NCBI GenBank assembly: GCA_012295275.1
Contig: CM022678.1
Location: 2,108,001 to 2,172,000 of the forward strand
Direction: 5' to 3'
Origin: Chrysomallon squamiferum
Taxonomy: Eukaryota; Animalia; Mollusca
Length of the DNA stretch: 64,000 nucleotides
Notes under the pieces: model-generated
What the model was told of the DNA's origin: nothing
Seen by the model: the letters and a program-made list of their open reading frames with translations, nothing else
Database searches by the model: none
Position numbers and translations under genes: made by a program
Shown: positions 28,638 to 42,600 of the stretch, in pieces
Layout: every line of letters starts with the position of its first letter
How positions within the stretch are numbered: position 1 is the stretch's first letter

Positions 28638-30102
28638 GTGTGTATGTATATATATATATAATTAAAATATCACAGGTATACATTACATATATAACTGCGA
28701 TACAAAACACGTCAAAACTGTCTAAACTGACAAGCGGATTCAAATTATATGGGAATAAAGCAATTGTTTTCTTTTCAAATAATAGCAGCGGCAACGGCAG
28801 TAGCAACAACAACAACAACAAAAAGAAAATAAAGAACGAAAGAGAACAGAAAGAAAAAGTTATCTCCAACAATGTATCAGATTCAGTCGTGATAAATAAA
28901 CAAACAAACAAAAAAATAAACAAATAAATAAATAAACAATCGAGTAAATAAATAAATAAATAAATAAACTAATAAACAAACACACAAATAAATAAAGAAA
29001 TAAATAAATCAAAGAAAGAAAAACACAAAAACAAAAACAAAAATAAATAAATAATAATAAGAAAAAACAACAACAAAAAAACAACCTCTATTGGAGAAGA
29101 ATAACAAAACACAGTTAGTTATATTCCGCAGAGTTCTACAACTTGAAACTAGCGAACACGGACTAAATAAAAATGCAGATAAAAATTTACGGTTATCATT
29201 AAAAAGGCGTTGCGTTCGTGATCACCTGTTCCGACCTGCTACATGAAACAGTCCAAAGTTTTATCATCAGATAATTAAACAAATTTATTTTACCTCCAGT
29301 GACGTCGTAAGCTTTCGTTGACGTAAACTCTTGTTTGCAGATTGTTGCGTGCAATATGTCTTAATTATGAACTGCTTCATTTTTTAAATTGTATATTAAC
29401 AAACCACCGAATTCGTGAATGAATTAAACGGTGAGGACATTAAATACCGAATACGACGCACATGAATGCATATGTACATGTGTAAGTGTGTACGTGTGTA
29501 TGTGCACGTATATGTATGTAAGTGTGTGTGTATATGAATATGCATGTGTATATGTGTATAACTGAATGATGGTTATGTATATACGTATGTAAATATGTAC
29601 GTATATACGACTGTATGTATGCCATCATAGTAGCAGCAGTAGTGGTAATAGTAATTATATTAATAATAGTGGTAACAGCAACCGCAGAAGCTGTAGTAGT
29701 TAAAGTACTACTATTAGTAGTAGTATTTAGCAACAGCAGTAGTAATAGTAATAATAGTATTACTTCTAGTAGTAATAATAGTAGTATTACTAGTACTAAT
29801 ACAAATAATAATATTAACAGTATTAATAGTAATAGTACTACTAGCAATAGTACTAACAGAATGAGTACTAATACTAGTTAAAGTAGTAATAATTTCAAAA
29901 ACGTTGTAGTAGCAGTAGTAGTCATAGTAGTAGTGCTGGTGATGTATCGTAATCAGAGATGTATGCATAATGGAAACGATGCCAACATTATATTTATGTG
30001 TCCTTCGTCAGTTTCAGAATAAATAAATAAATAAATAAATAATAAATAAATAAATCTAAATTTAAGCATATTATTTGTAACAGTGGCAAAGACAGCATTT
30101 TC

Positions 30103-30145
<43 letters not shown>

Positions 30146-30308
30146 ATTATTAATAAATTTGTTTATTTAAGTTTTTTAAACGCTAGTACGTCACAACCTC
30201 TGAATATCAGACTGCGAATAATTTTCATAGAAAAGAAACGACGAATACTTCCGAATTTATATTCCCGAAAATAGCCGTAATATGGCGATAGGATACCGAC
30301 TTTTTATT

Positions 30309-30326
30309 TATGACGTCACAAACAAT
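30309..30326 (+). promoter_or_regulatory. CRE palindrome + AACAAT element, paralog A
   Basis: TATGACGTCACAAACAAT about 100 nt upstream of the ATG; the same motif lies upstream of paralog B. Confidence 0.6.
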
Positions 30327-30416
30327 GGGACAGGGGCGTGATGCTTGAGAGAGCAGCTTTCTGTTTTACGTAACACCTTTTGTTTTTTTTTTGTTTTATA
30401 TTTTTAGAAATTTGAC

Positions 30417-30626
30417 ATGAACATTGTTATTGATTTTAAACAGAAATGGGGACGTCTGGTTTGATCACAGCTGGAGTTGTGGTAGTCGGAGCTGGTCTGT
30501 TGTTTTATTTCAAACACAACATCAGCAACAGCGAAACTGAGGGGAGAATTAACAAAGTAAATTAGTTTATATTTCATAAATTACTGCTTTCTTTTTATTT
30601 ACATCCTCCTCCTCCTCCTCCTCCTC

Positions 30627-30687
<61 letters not shown>

Positions 30688-31775
30688 TACTACTACTGCT
30701 GCTGCTGTTATTGTTCTTATCGTTTACAAATATATACATATATTTTGTACTTGTTGCCAATACTGTTTCTGAACGATTATCTTCAGCGATATTGTTACAG
30801 ACGTTACTTTTGATACTGCTGTTATTATTGTTGTCGTCGTCATCATCATCATCTTCAGTATTATTATTATTACTGCTATTTATTACTGAGCTATATTGTT
30901 GTTATTATTATTGTTGTTGTTATTGTTGTTGTTGTTGTTGTTGTTGTTGTTACTGCTGTTGTTGTTGTTACTGTTATTGTATTTCAGATTATTTGCGACG
31001 ATCCAAGCGATTTCTCATTTTCGTACGAGGATGTTGTTTTGGACTCCGACAGGTCAGAACAAGATTTAAAGAATGTTCCAGAATTAAGGTTTGACTTTCC
31101 CTCCGCCAACCCTGTGGAACTCCGGTCCGCCGAGTGGTTAGAGGTCCAGCCCGGAGTTCCCTTCCGACCCCGTACTTCCGGAAACAGATCACCCAGTCGC
31201 AGACGAATCCGCTACACGGACGGAAGTATTCGCTCGGAAGGGAAGAAAAATGGCGCCACCTGGACAGCACGTCATCGCCCGACGTTGTTTTTCACTCTTT
31301 CGGTAGTTACAGCGGGGACACAGCTTCTTCGGAAAGGTCGTCGTTGCCAAGACAAAATAATTCGAATTCAAAAGGGTTGAGGTGCGTCGAGGAACTCCCC
31401 GGCCCGGATGTAATGAACGCACTGCAGCAGTGGCTCGAGATTCCGTCTGTTCGTAAGTTCCGGAAATATCCGAAATTGAACGAAGTTGGTTTAAACATCA
31501 TCGTTACGTGGTATCGCGAAATCTGCAGCCAGGTGAAAGACGACGAAGTGCCGCAAATTGTCGACCGATGTTCCGGCCTGTTTCAGCGACTGTTGGCGAA
31601 AAAGAAGGAGGAGCAGAGGAAAAAGCTCGCGCTGTTTGTGACGTCATCGCGTTTCCGCAGCGATTCGGATGATATTGTTTGTTTTCTTCCCAAAACAACG
31701 AGGTTGTCTCCCCGAAAATCAAAACTAACGTACCAAAGAAATGAGCTCAGGTCGTTGTTCCAAAATTTTAATTAG
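30417..31775 (+). CDS. uncharacterised 2-exon gene, paralog A: N-terminal TM anchor, RRRIRY motif, -1-frame GLN..WYR domain
   Basis: Exon 1 30417(or 30446)-30556, exon 2 from 30988. The 0 frame stops at 31380; the -1 frame is open 31095-31775. Homologous to the gene at 32798-34213. Confidence 0.72.
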
Positions 31776-32434
31776 TTAACAGAATCTATTTTTGGATATT
31801 TACTTTGCACTAGATCAGGTGTATAATTTATTTAAATTTTTTTTTTTTTTTTTTATTTCTCTTTATTTTTTTATATAATATATCGTGTTTTTTTTTTTTT
31901 TTTTTTTTTTTTGTTCCAACCACTTGAGGCGAATTTGTTTGTTGTTTATCTGATATTGCAGTTTGTGTATCGTGACTAAATCTAATTTAATTTGTGTTGG
32001 AAACCAGGAATTGATTTTATTTCAGATGAATGTTAGGTATTTTAATTACTGTGACAATATTTCGGTAATTAGGTGCCGTTATTTAGTTGATAAAACTGTT
32101 TAAAATGTTCTTTGTTTTCTTGTGTTTTTTATAGAAACATTAAAATTACCCTTTATCGATTTTGTAATAGTATTTACATACACACACACAGACACATACA
32201 CGCACATACATACATACATACACCTGTAGATACGCGAATATATAGTCACACATTTATACACATACATACACACACAAACACATATACACATACACATACA
32301 GACACTTACACACAAATACACACAGACACACACACGCACCCTCTTTTCATGCATACATACATACATACACCCACACACAAACATGTACACACATTTTTTT
32401 TAGCTATGCATATTTTGATTGATTGATTTATTTA

Positions 32435-32489
<55 letters not shown>

Positions 32490-32537
32490 GTTGTTGTTCT
32501 TATTGGATAGTGTTATCCAATAAGAACAACAACAACA

Positions 32538-32571
<34 letters not shown>

Positions 32572-32728
32572 GAAGAAGAAGAAGATGTTGTTGATGATGA
32601 TGATGATGATGATGAAGAAGACAAAGAAGAAAGAAAGAAAGAAAAAGGAAAGAAAAGAAAAAGAAAACGTGATCAATATAATAAAATGAATCTCCAAGAA
32701 ATCTTGAATTTAGGACGTAATTACGTTG

Positions 32729-32746
32729 TATGACGTCACGAACAAT
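32729..32746 (+). promoter_or_regulatory. CRE palindrome + AACAAT element, paralog B
   Basis: TATGACGTCACGAACAAT, 67 nt upstream of ATG 32798. Confidence 0.6.
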
Positions 32747-32797
32747 CAGCTGAAACAACGTGTAATAATAGCACAAAGCAGCGTGTTTCCCGGGGAC

Positions 32798-33046
32798 ATG
32801 GAGATGGCAATTCCTTTTAAACAAAAACTCACAGTCGGGTTGTTATCGGCGGGAGTGATGGCTACCAGCTTTGGGCTGTTCATGTATTTGAAACGAGTTG
32901 GGAGATTTGGAAATCAATCAGATGATGTAAGTACTCGAGAAATATCTACTACTGACCAGGGTAATAATAATAATCATAATAATAACAGTAACAAATGTAT
33001 TTTATATTATAAGCTTTATCATTAGTAACTATCATTAACAATATAC

Positions 33047-33112
<66 letters not shown>

Positions 33113-34213
33113 GTTTTATATATACTGTATTGCATTGTACTGTTTTATTTACTTATTTATTTATTTATTTATCTGACAGAGAATGAGAGGTGTAACTAAC
33201 AAAACGTCAGACAAATCATTTTCCTTCGATGGTTTGGCTTCCAATTCAAACTGTTACGGCGCAGATGAAGACGTTTCCAACTACAACGCCGCAACCATCG
33301 ACATCATCGTAAACCCCAGCAGCGTCACCATGGACGTGGTGCAAGTGGCAGCCCCGGCCACGACAGCGAGCAGACAGCAGGGACGACGTCGAATCCGCTA
33401 CGCAGACAGCGGCGTCGATCAGCAGGCCACGGCAGAGCGGAAGAAGTGCCACCCGGAAGAAACCACCCCCACGGCGACTTCTTCCTCACCGAGCACGACG
33501 CGGTCCGCAGCGACCGTTCCGCGGCTGAAAAGGAAGGCGAGCAAGAGTTGCGTCCCATGGCAACGTCGTCCAAGATAAAACAGATGGACTCGTCCACGGC
33601 CTTGTCCATTCTGAGGAGCGTGAGCGCGGAGGAGGAGGAAGAGCCGAGCAAGGAGAGCGTGGAGGTTTTCAACAGGTGGCTCAGCGTGACGTCTGCGTCG
33701 TCAGACCGCCAGACGTCGACGGCAGACGACGTGGGTCTCAACGTTTTCGGCAGGTGGTACCGCGAGATCCTCAGCGACATCTGCCGCGGGGACTTCGAGT
33801 CGCCGCACGTGCTGCTCAAGAGTTCCTACACGTTCCACCGGCAGCGGCTCTCAGAGGAGGACGACGGACTACGACGTCAGTCCGTCGACGTCTTCACCAG
33901 GTGGCTGGCGTCTCCTCCCCGGGAGAAAAACGACGTCGGCCTCAACGTGTTCGTCAACTGGTACAGAGACGTCCGGGATGTGGGCGACACGAAGAGGCCC
34001 CCGGTGCTGCAGAAATCCTCTTTCCCGTTCCAGAAGCTGCTGTTCGCTGAACAGCTGGAGAAGAAGAAACGCCGTCGCCAGCGTCTGATGATGCGCGCGG
34101 ACTGCTCCAACGGTGCTGACGGCGTCTGCTCGGAGTCCGCGGCGGCTTTGGCAACACGTAAGAAGGTTCACAGGGTCAACAAGAAACAAAGAAGCGAAAG
34201 CATTTACTACTGA
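32798..34213 (+). CDS. uncharacterised 2-exon gene, paralog B: N-terminal TM anchor, RRRIRY motif, two -1-frame GLN..WYR domains
   Basis: Exon 1 32798-32926 (MEMAIPFKQKLTVGLLSAGVMATSFGLFMYLKR), GTAAGT donor, exon 2 from 33180. The 0 frame stops at 33578; the -1 frame is open 33269-34213. GC/CpG-rich. Confidence 0.78.
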
Positions 34214-34832
34214 GCTGTTACGAGATTGATTTTATAAACGTTGAAAAATTGTAGAAATATAAACACACGTTTACATCATTATGTCTGTACGTGTGTGTAT
34301 TCGAATTTTTAACTATACCTGTATGAAGTACTCATTTTCCATCGGTCTATACACACTTACGTATATATGTAATATGTATCTATGTATATGTGTATGTGAG
34401 TGTCTGGGAGTGTAAGTGTATAGATATACCAGTATATTCAAATGTGTACAGACATATTTAATTAATACGAGTCTTTAACAGTTTTGTTATACGATTCATT
34501 AAATGATTGATTTGCTTTTTTAAAAACAGAAAAAGAAAAAAAAAGTAATACGTGCTAAACTTGAATGCGTTTGTTTTGTTTACTTCATTACAATCAGATC
34601 TATGACGTGTTTTCAGTGAAATTTCCTTTTTTTTTAGTCTATGATTGGAAACACGAAGTATGCAGATATTACTTTATATATATATATATATATATGAAGA
34701 AGCATATTTTTTTTCAATTTTTATTATGTTTTTGTAAATATATACTTAGGAACATGAAGATGAATGTGCAAATGATCATTATTATTATTATTATTATTTT
34801 TTTTTTTCTTATTTCTTTATTTAATTCCTTTT

Positions 34833-34866
<34 letters not shown>

Positions 34867-35046
34867 CTAGAATATAAAAACGTGTGTGAACAGATGACGT
34901 TGTGGTTGAGAAGGGAACAGACAACAGAGACCTCGTATAATCGACTTACTTCTATTTATTTCACATATATCAATTTAACATAGGAAACCGCTGGTTTGTT
35001 TAACAGTCACATGGCGTTAACGAAAGAAAGAAAAAAAAAAAAAAAG

Positions 35047-35080
<34 letters not shown>

Positions 35081-35380
35081 GTAATCATCAAGTTGTTGAT
35101 CCACACTACAGCATTGTCGTATTTCTTTATCACAAATGAGGTTGCCACAAACTATACAACAGAGGGTTATAATCTATCAGTTCTGTAACATCAACGTGCT
35201 CACCTGACGTCGCAGCAAACAGCACGGCGACGACAGTTTCATCTCACAAGCACACGCACGCACGCACGCACGTACGTGCAGACAGACGCACACGGAATAT
35301 ATAATATTTCAATAAAAGTACTAATAGTGCAATAGTTTTTCATTCACACATGTTAAAAAAAGAAAAAAAAAAAGAAGATA

Positions 35381-35427
<47 letters not shown>

Positions 35428-35502
35428 TAATAATATGACCAACTTTCTCTTAAAATAAATATTTAAATTAGAATATTTCAATTTGGATAACATTTGATTT
35501 AA

Positions 35503-35641
<139 letters not shown>

Positions 35642-35913
35642 AGACGTTCGAACATCTAATTTTATATCTTTTTCTTATCTCCTCTGTTAATCTGGAAAAA
35701 AAAAAAAAAAAAAAAAAAAAAATCTAATCCACAGCAACAATATGGTCACACGTCATACAAACCAAACACATTTTTGTTTTAAATCTTTGGAAATATTACA
35801 TGATAATTCTCTCAAAGTAAACAACAAAACAACAACAACGGCAACAACAACAACAACAACAAAACAACCGCTCATCTACCACGTCGTTCATTCATCAGTC
35901 GAGGTTACACACA

Positions 35914-35948
<35 letters not shown>

Positions 35949-35977
35949 TCACCCATGGAGCAACTATGCAAGCCGAC

Positions 35978-36016
<39 letters not shown>

Positions 36017-36753
36017 ATTTAATTTTTTTTTTTTATCAACATTATGACGAAAACATGAAAATAAAATTAAAACTACGTGCATTATGAATTAAGTTTCTCT
36101 CTCGAAAAATATTGCACAAGTATGTACAAAATACTACAATATATCATTAAAACGTAAGCTTATTATTATTATTACATAACTCATATACGACAAAAATTAT
36201 GTATTCAACAACTGACTATTACTAAAACTGCTTATTCCACTTCATGATCTGTTACTGTGTGTGTAAATAGACAGATATTTATGGCCATTAGTAAATTAAG
36301 AATTTATTTTTTTCTCTCTCAAATAATTAATTATATATTTTTAATAAACGACAGATATTTATAGTTTAATCTGAAATTTAAATAATAATAATAATAACAA
36401 CAAAAATATATATATATATTTATGATTTAAAAGAGAATTATTTAAAACATTTCTCTCCAAAAATTAGTTAAATATTTTCATCAAATTAATTTTGAATTTT
36501 AGCTAAAACATTTTTCCTCTGTTAAAATTATTTCTTAACTGAACGGATCTATACTAAATTCGATTCGTTTTTCAAAATGTTTACTTTGTTTCGTTCTAAA
36601 CTGTACTCCACCCCATCTGAAAAGAATTCTGTATTGAAATAAAAAAAAAAAAAAAAAAAAAGAAAAGAAGCTAATTAATCATTCTGAATTGTGAAAAAAT
36701 AAATAAATAAAAAATAAGGTTGAGTTTAGGTCCCCTGCTATTTTAGTATACAA

Positions 36754-36836
<83 letters not shown>

Positions 36837-37089
36837 CTTTGCTTCTTCCAGTGACAGTGACTAACAGTCTAATGTTTTAACAAGAGGATTAAAATAAAAA
36901 GATCATGACGTAATTAAACGATAGAATAATAATACATATTTCATTACACATTTCAACTAAAAAACATCATACATATTATACGATAATGTTTTAACCGTAG
37001 GATATAACATATGTATAACACGTTATAATTAATATGTGTTACAAGTTAAAATTTATACGTGTATTCCACGCTATAAGTTAACATATATA

Positions 37090-37121
<32 letters not shown>

Positions 37122-37859
37122 GCTTTATCTGAAAGATAATAATGTATATTTCACAGTCATAATGTATATTTCATATTCATAATATAAATATGATATGCAT
37201 GATGTATTAGAGTTTATAACATATCTTAATGAAAGAAAAGATGGCAAAAAAAAAAAAAAAAAAATAAATAAATAAATAAAATCTACGTAACTGTGATGTT
37301 TTGCTGTTCTCATTGGTTATATTTGTTTTTGATTAGTTAAAAATGAAAACAATCTAAATTTACACTGCCATTTAAATTATTCAAATTTTATTCTTAACTA
37401 CCAGCAACAACTCATAGATATGATTATATATATATATTAAATTTAAAAAAAATAATAATAATAAAAAAAAAAACTTACCTAGGTTTTAAGAAAGTTTAAT
37501 TATTATTATTATTATTATTTTATTTATTAAGAATACAATTTCTAATTTTTATTTTTAACAACAAAATAAATTTAAAAAAAATAAAAAAAATAAAAAAATA
37601 GTTTAATTTTTTTTTTTTTTTTTTTTCATTTGATATCATATTGTTACATTTCATCATTTTAATTGATTTAATTTTCTATTTTTGATTGCAATGTATATAA
37701 GTCAATCCAAAATCTAATTTTAAAAATGTTTTTTTTTTTTTTTTTTTTTTAAATTTATTTATTTGAAATTCTTTTATCATATATAAATGTTGTTGGCACA
37801 TTTAAAGTTTTATTTTGATTTTATTTACAATTAACAGCTAAACATTGTTATTTGTGCTA

Positions 37860-37901
<42 letters not shown>

Positions 37902-37942
37902 TGTAAAATTAGGAAAAAGAATAATACTGGAATATTAGCTTT

Positions 37943-38006
<64 letters not shown>

Positions 38007-38344
38007 CAAAAATGAAAAAAAAAAAAAAAAAAAAAAGAAAAAAAAGAAAGAAAAACAAAGTAAATAAATAAATAAATAAATATTTATAGTGTGTTTTTAT
38101 CTAAAAACAAAACATATACAACAAATCTAAAATATGAAAAATAACAAAAATCACAACAAAATGATGTATGAGAAGGTAACAACAACAACAACAACAACAA
38201 CAAAAAAAATAAAACTAAAAAACACTACTTTCTGACCCGTGGAAAAAAAGAAAAAAAAAAAAAACTCTGTTTAGTTCTTTACTGTAACTAAAAAACCCGT
38301 ACATGATGAAATTAGCTGTTTAGAAAGCAGAAAAGACTTTTTAA

Positions 38345-38377
<33 letters not shown>

Positions 38378-38579
38378 TATATGCTTTAGGAACAGTTGAC
38401 AGTATAATTATATAAAATACTCTTCACATGTGCCCTATCTGTTGCAGACTAGAATCATAAATTATAAAAAAATATTTCTAAAATGTTCATTGCACAAACC
38501 CATTAGAACAAAAAAAAAAAAATAATTTTGCATTTAGAATGAAATATTTAACTGATAAATTGCACAATGAAAGCCACTG

Positions 38580-38618
<39 letters not shown>

Positions 38619-38893
38619 AACAAATAAATAAATAAATAAATAAATAAATAAATACATTTTTTAAAAACTGATCATTTGGTATTGAGCATTCAAGAAACAA
38701 AATCTGAATATTAACTGATTGTTTTAAAAAAAATGAATATAATAAATGCATTATTATGCTACTGTGAGTGTGTTTTCTTTTCATTACCTAAGTATAGAGG
38801 GGTGGGGGTTGTCTCTTTTACTTAAATAAATAACTTCTTCACTACATTTCAAATTTTAAATTCTTAGTGTAAGATCATACGGTTAAATTTTGC

Positions 38894-38991
<98 letters not shown>

Positions 38992-39595
38992 GTAAATGGA
39001 AGTAGTAAACTATGAATTGAAAAATATCAGGTAAAAGTCTATGAACTATAAATATCTTCAATATGCACAAAAATGCGTAAGTACTAAATTTTTATATATA
39101 TATATTTTTTACTTTAATTTAAAAATCACAATTATTTTGACATTCAGCTTATTAATTCAAATATAATGAGAGAGAAAAAAAAAAAGAGAAATACATTTTA
39201 AAATTTCTAACCTTATTTTTAAACTTGTTTTCAATGTCAATGAGTTATCTCCCTTATCTGGCTTCTCTCCCCTTATGTTTCCATATTTATCTTATCTACT
39301 ATATTATTATTTATTTATTTTCCCCGCTACAACTTCTGAAGTGGTTGGTTTTTTTTTTTTTTTTATTAATCATTTTTAACAGACAAAATATATTGTTTAA
39401 ATTTCAGAGTTTTTATCTTTTATTTATGAATATATCTTTCAAAACCATTATTAACCATGTTCCTAATTAAAGCAAAAACAAAAAATAGAACAGAAAATGA
39501 AAAAAAAACAATGAAGCTGATAAACCTTATACAGACTGACATTTACATCATATGTATTACTTTCAAAAAACATTACTGGAAATATTAAACCATTT

Positions 39596-39627
<32 letters not shown>

Positions 39628-42600
39628 TTAAAAAAATCATTTTTAATGTATGATTTGTTTACATTTAACATTTATAATTACTGGTTTAGAATTTTTTTCT
39701 TAAATTACAACTACTCTATTAGACTTGGTTTCAAATGAAACGTTTCGTAAAACAATTTCGACTTCTCAAATAATTATTCTGAAAAATTCATCTTATTTCA
39801 AATTCAAACCGATTTTTTCTTTTTTTCTTCTTTCATGTTTGTAAAATACTGTCTGTTTTGTTTTTGGTGTTTGTTATCAAACTGAACTCTGTAAAAAGTG
39901 GACAATGTGTATCTGGCAGATAGTTACTTGTTCAAATTGAGCTACGTTTTTGGGAAATGCCTAACTTCTGACAAAAGAATTAGTAAGTCTATTCAAAATG
40001 AGCATAACCATATACACACACAAAGAGAAGATGCACATATATATATATATATCTACATATACATATACATACATATATACATACATACATATATGTATAC
40101 ATATACATTATATATATATATATACACACACACATGTACACACATATATGTATATATACATATACTCTCTCACACACACGCATATCTATTCACATGAATA
40201 ATAAATATATATATATATAGTATATTATATATATTTGTATACATAATGAAAATGATATAAATCAAAACAAAGAGAAAAAAACCCAGCTGATGATGAAAAT
40301 ATTTTAACGTCAGTGAATTACACACGCCACATGTAACAAACAACAGTCTGCCTTCGTCATTCACAAAAACAAAACATCTGATTGACAGGTACAACAATCT
40401 GAAACAGCAAATCAAATGAGCCAATACAACAGCTGACACAGTGGGCCAGCCAATGGTAAACAGTTTAACAAAAAAAAAAAGTCTCCTAGTCTCAACAAAC
40501 CACATTCTGTGTGTGTAAAACTGTGAGGTATCATAAATTCACAGTTATCTATCCTTTTTAAAGTTCTAGTTTAATGTCAGTCTTTTTCGTTTTAACATTT
40601 ATTTTATTTTATTTTATTTATTTATTTGGATATTATTTTCATTCCAAACAATTTTTTTTTAATTTTTTTAATTTTTTTTTACTGTTACATTTTTGCATTA
40701 CAAATCATATTTATAAATTACATAAACTGCACAACAGAAATATTATTTTTCCTCTCTTTCATGAATGGAAAGGAAATTTTATTTTATTTTTTTAAAAAAA
40801 GTTTCAGATGCTGATGAAATCTACTGTTGAAATAGACATTTTTAATTTAAAATCCTTCTTCTCAGGTCAACTACAGTTAACAAAATCAGTTATCATTATC
40901 ATTTTATCATTGTTAAATAACGTACTGAAGCACACTGTACAGTTTTAACAGGGTATCAAGACACGTGTATCAAATGGGGTGCTACACCCAGTTTTTGTTT
41001 CATCTGCTTAATGAAAGTCATTTCATGTTCAGTTATTTTACACTGTCACAGCCTGCTACCACAGTACACACCATATCCATGTGAATGCAAAAACAGTTAA
41101 TTTTATGTTTTAATTAATACTTGCCATAGGAAAAAAAACAAAAACAAATTTTGAACACTAATTCTGAGTGGAAAAGCCACACCCCCAAACCTCCATTCAT
41201 TACAATTCTTCACTGTTCGTGGATATTTATAGTTGCCTAATAATCTGTTAGATTCTAAATAAAAGTACAAACACAGGTATATTAATTAAATAAATAAACA
41301 TGAAATAATTACGAACGAATGAAAGAAAAAATAAATAAATAAATGAAATATTATAATGTTCTTACTAAATTGACTCATAACCTGTCAACCAAAGAATATA
41401 TATAAATATTATTATAATGTTAATATTATTCTTTGAGTAAATTCTAAAATGTTTTATTATTAGTTTTAGTACTCAATGTGAAATTTATATTATCTATTAA
41501 TTTCATTTAATACTGTACATATAGTTACATTGAAACACTTACAGTTGTCATGGTAACTGACTATGTGCCACAATAAGATAAAATAATTATTTTCATTTTA
41601 TGTCTTATTTATTTTCACTGATGTATAATAATGTAACACAAATTTAGCAGAAAAAAATGCACTTGTTACATTTAGCACATTCTGTATAACTGTTTTGTAA
41701 ACTTAATTCAGTTTTAAGTTAAGTAGATGATAGAAAATTATTGTAAAACTCATAAACAGTAGTTTATCTAAAACAAAAATTTCAAAATTTTTAAAGATTA
41801 AAATGTTATTGTATAAACCTTTTGGTACCTTTCATTGAAAATGGTCACTGTGTTAAGCACAGGTGTAGATAAATAAATTAACTAATAAATATTTAAATAA
41901 ATAAATAAATTGTTATTATAGCTTTGTAACAGACTATAAATGTATTAGTAATAAAATTTTATGACAGGATGTAAAATGGAATTCAAAATAAAGTTTTGTA
42001 AGAACTCAAACGTAACTTTCTCAACAAAAAATATGACATATTCACAATGTTCACTCCGTTGTATCTTGATACAACCCTGGTACAATGTGTCTGCAGTACA
42101 TTTTTAACTCAACCAGTTATTAACAGAATACTATTATTAACTTTACAGTCTTAAGTAAACATTTACCTGTACATGACTTGTTCTGAAACCACTACTGTGA
42201 GACTTAATAAACGGACTCTCAAAATGTTACTGTTGAAAGAAATTTTACATAAATTAATATAAATAAAATTATATAAATCTTTCACTATCAGCTTTAAAAC
42301 TCAAAATTTTAATTACACAAATTTTTTGGTTATATTTTAAAGTATAGTATATTAAAAACTGTCAAAAACAGCTCATCAAAAAGACCACAGATATTTCTTT
42401 TTTCTTTCTATGTAAACAGAACGGCAACATTATTTGTAAATCATGAAATAACAAGATGTGTGTTTGTATAATCAATATACAAGTGTAAAGTAACACAAAT
42501 ATTAAACCCATTAATTAAACACAATAAAATTTAATACCCTGTTTTAAAACAGCCCAAAGAGACTGCAACCTGTAAATTTTTTTTTTTTCACGATTAATAA

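Noticed and set aside
30989-34189. Antisense and third-frame ORFs over paralogs A and B
   Set aside because: These are expected shadows of GC-rich coding sequence, with no conservation between the paralogs.
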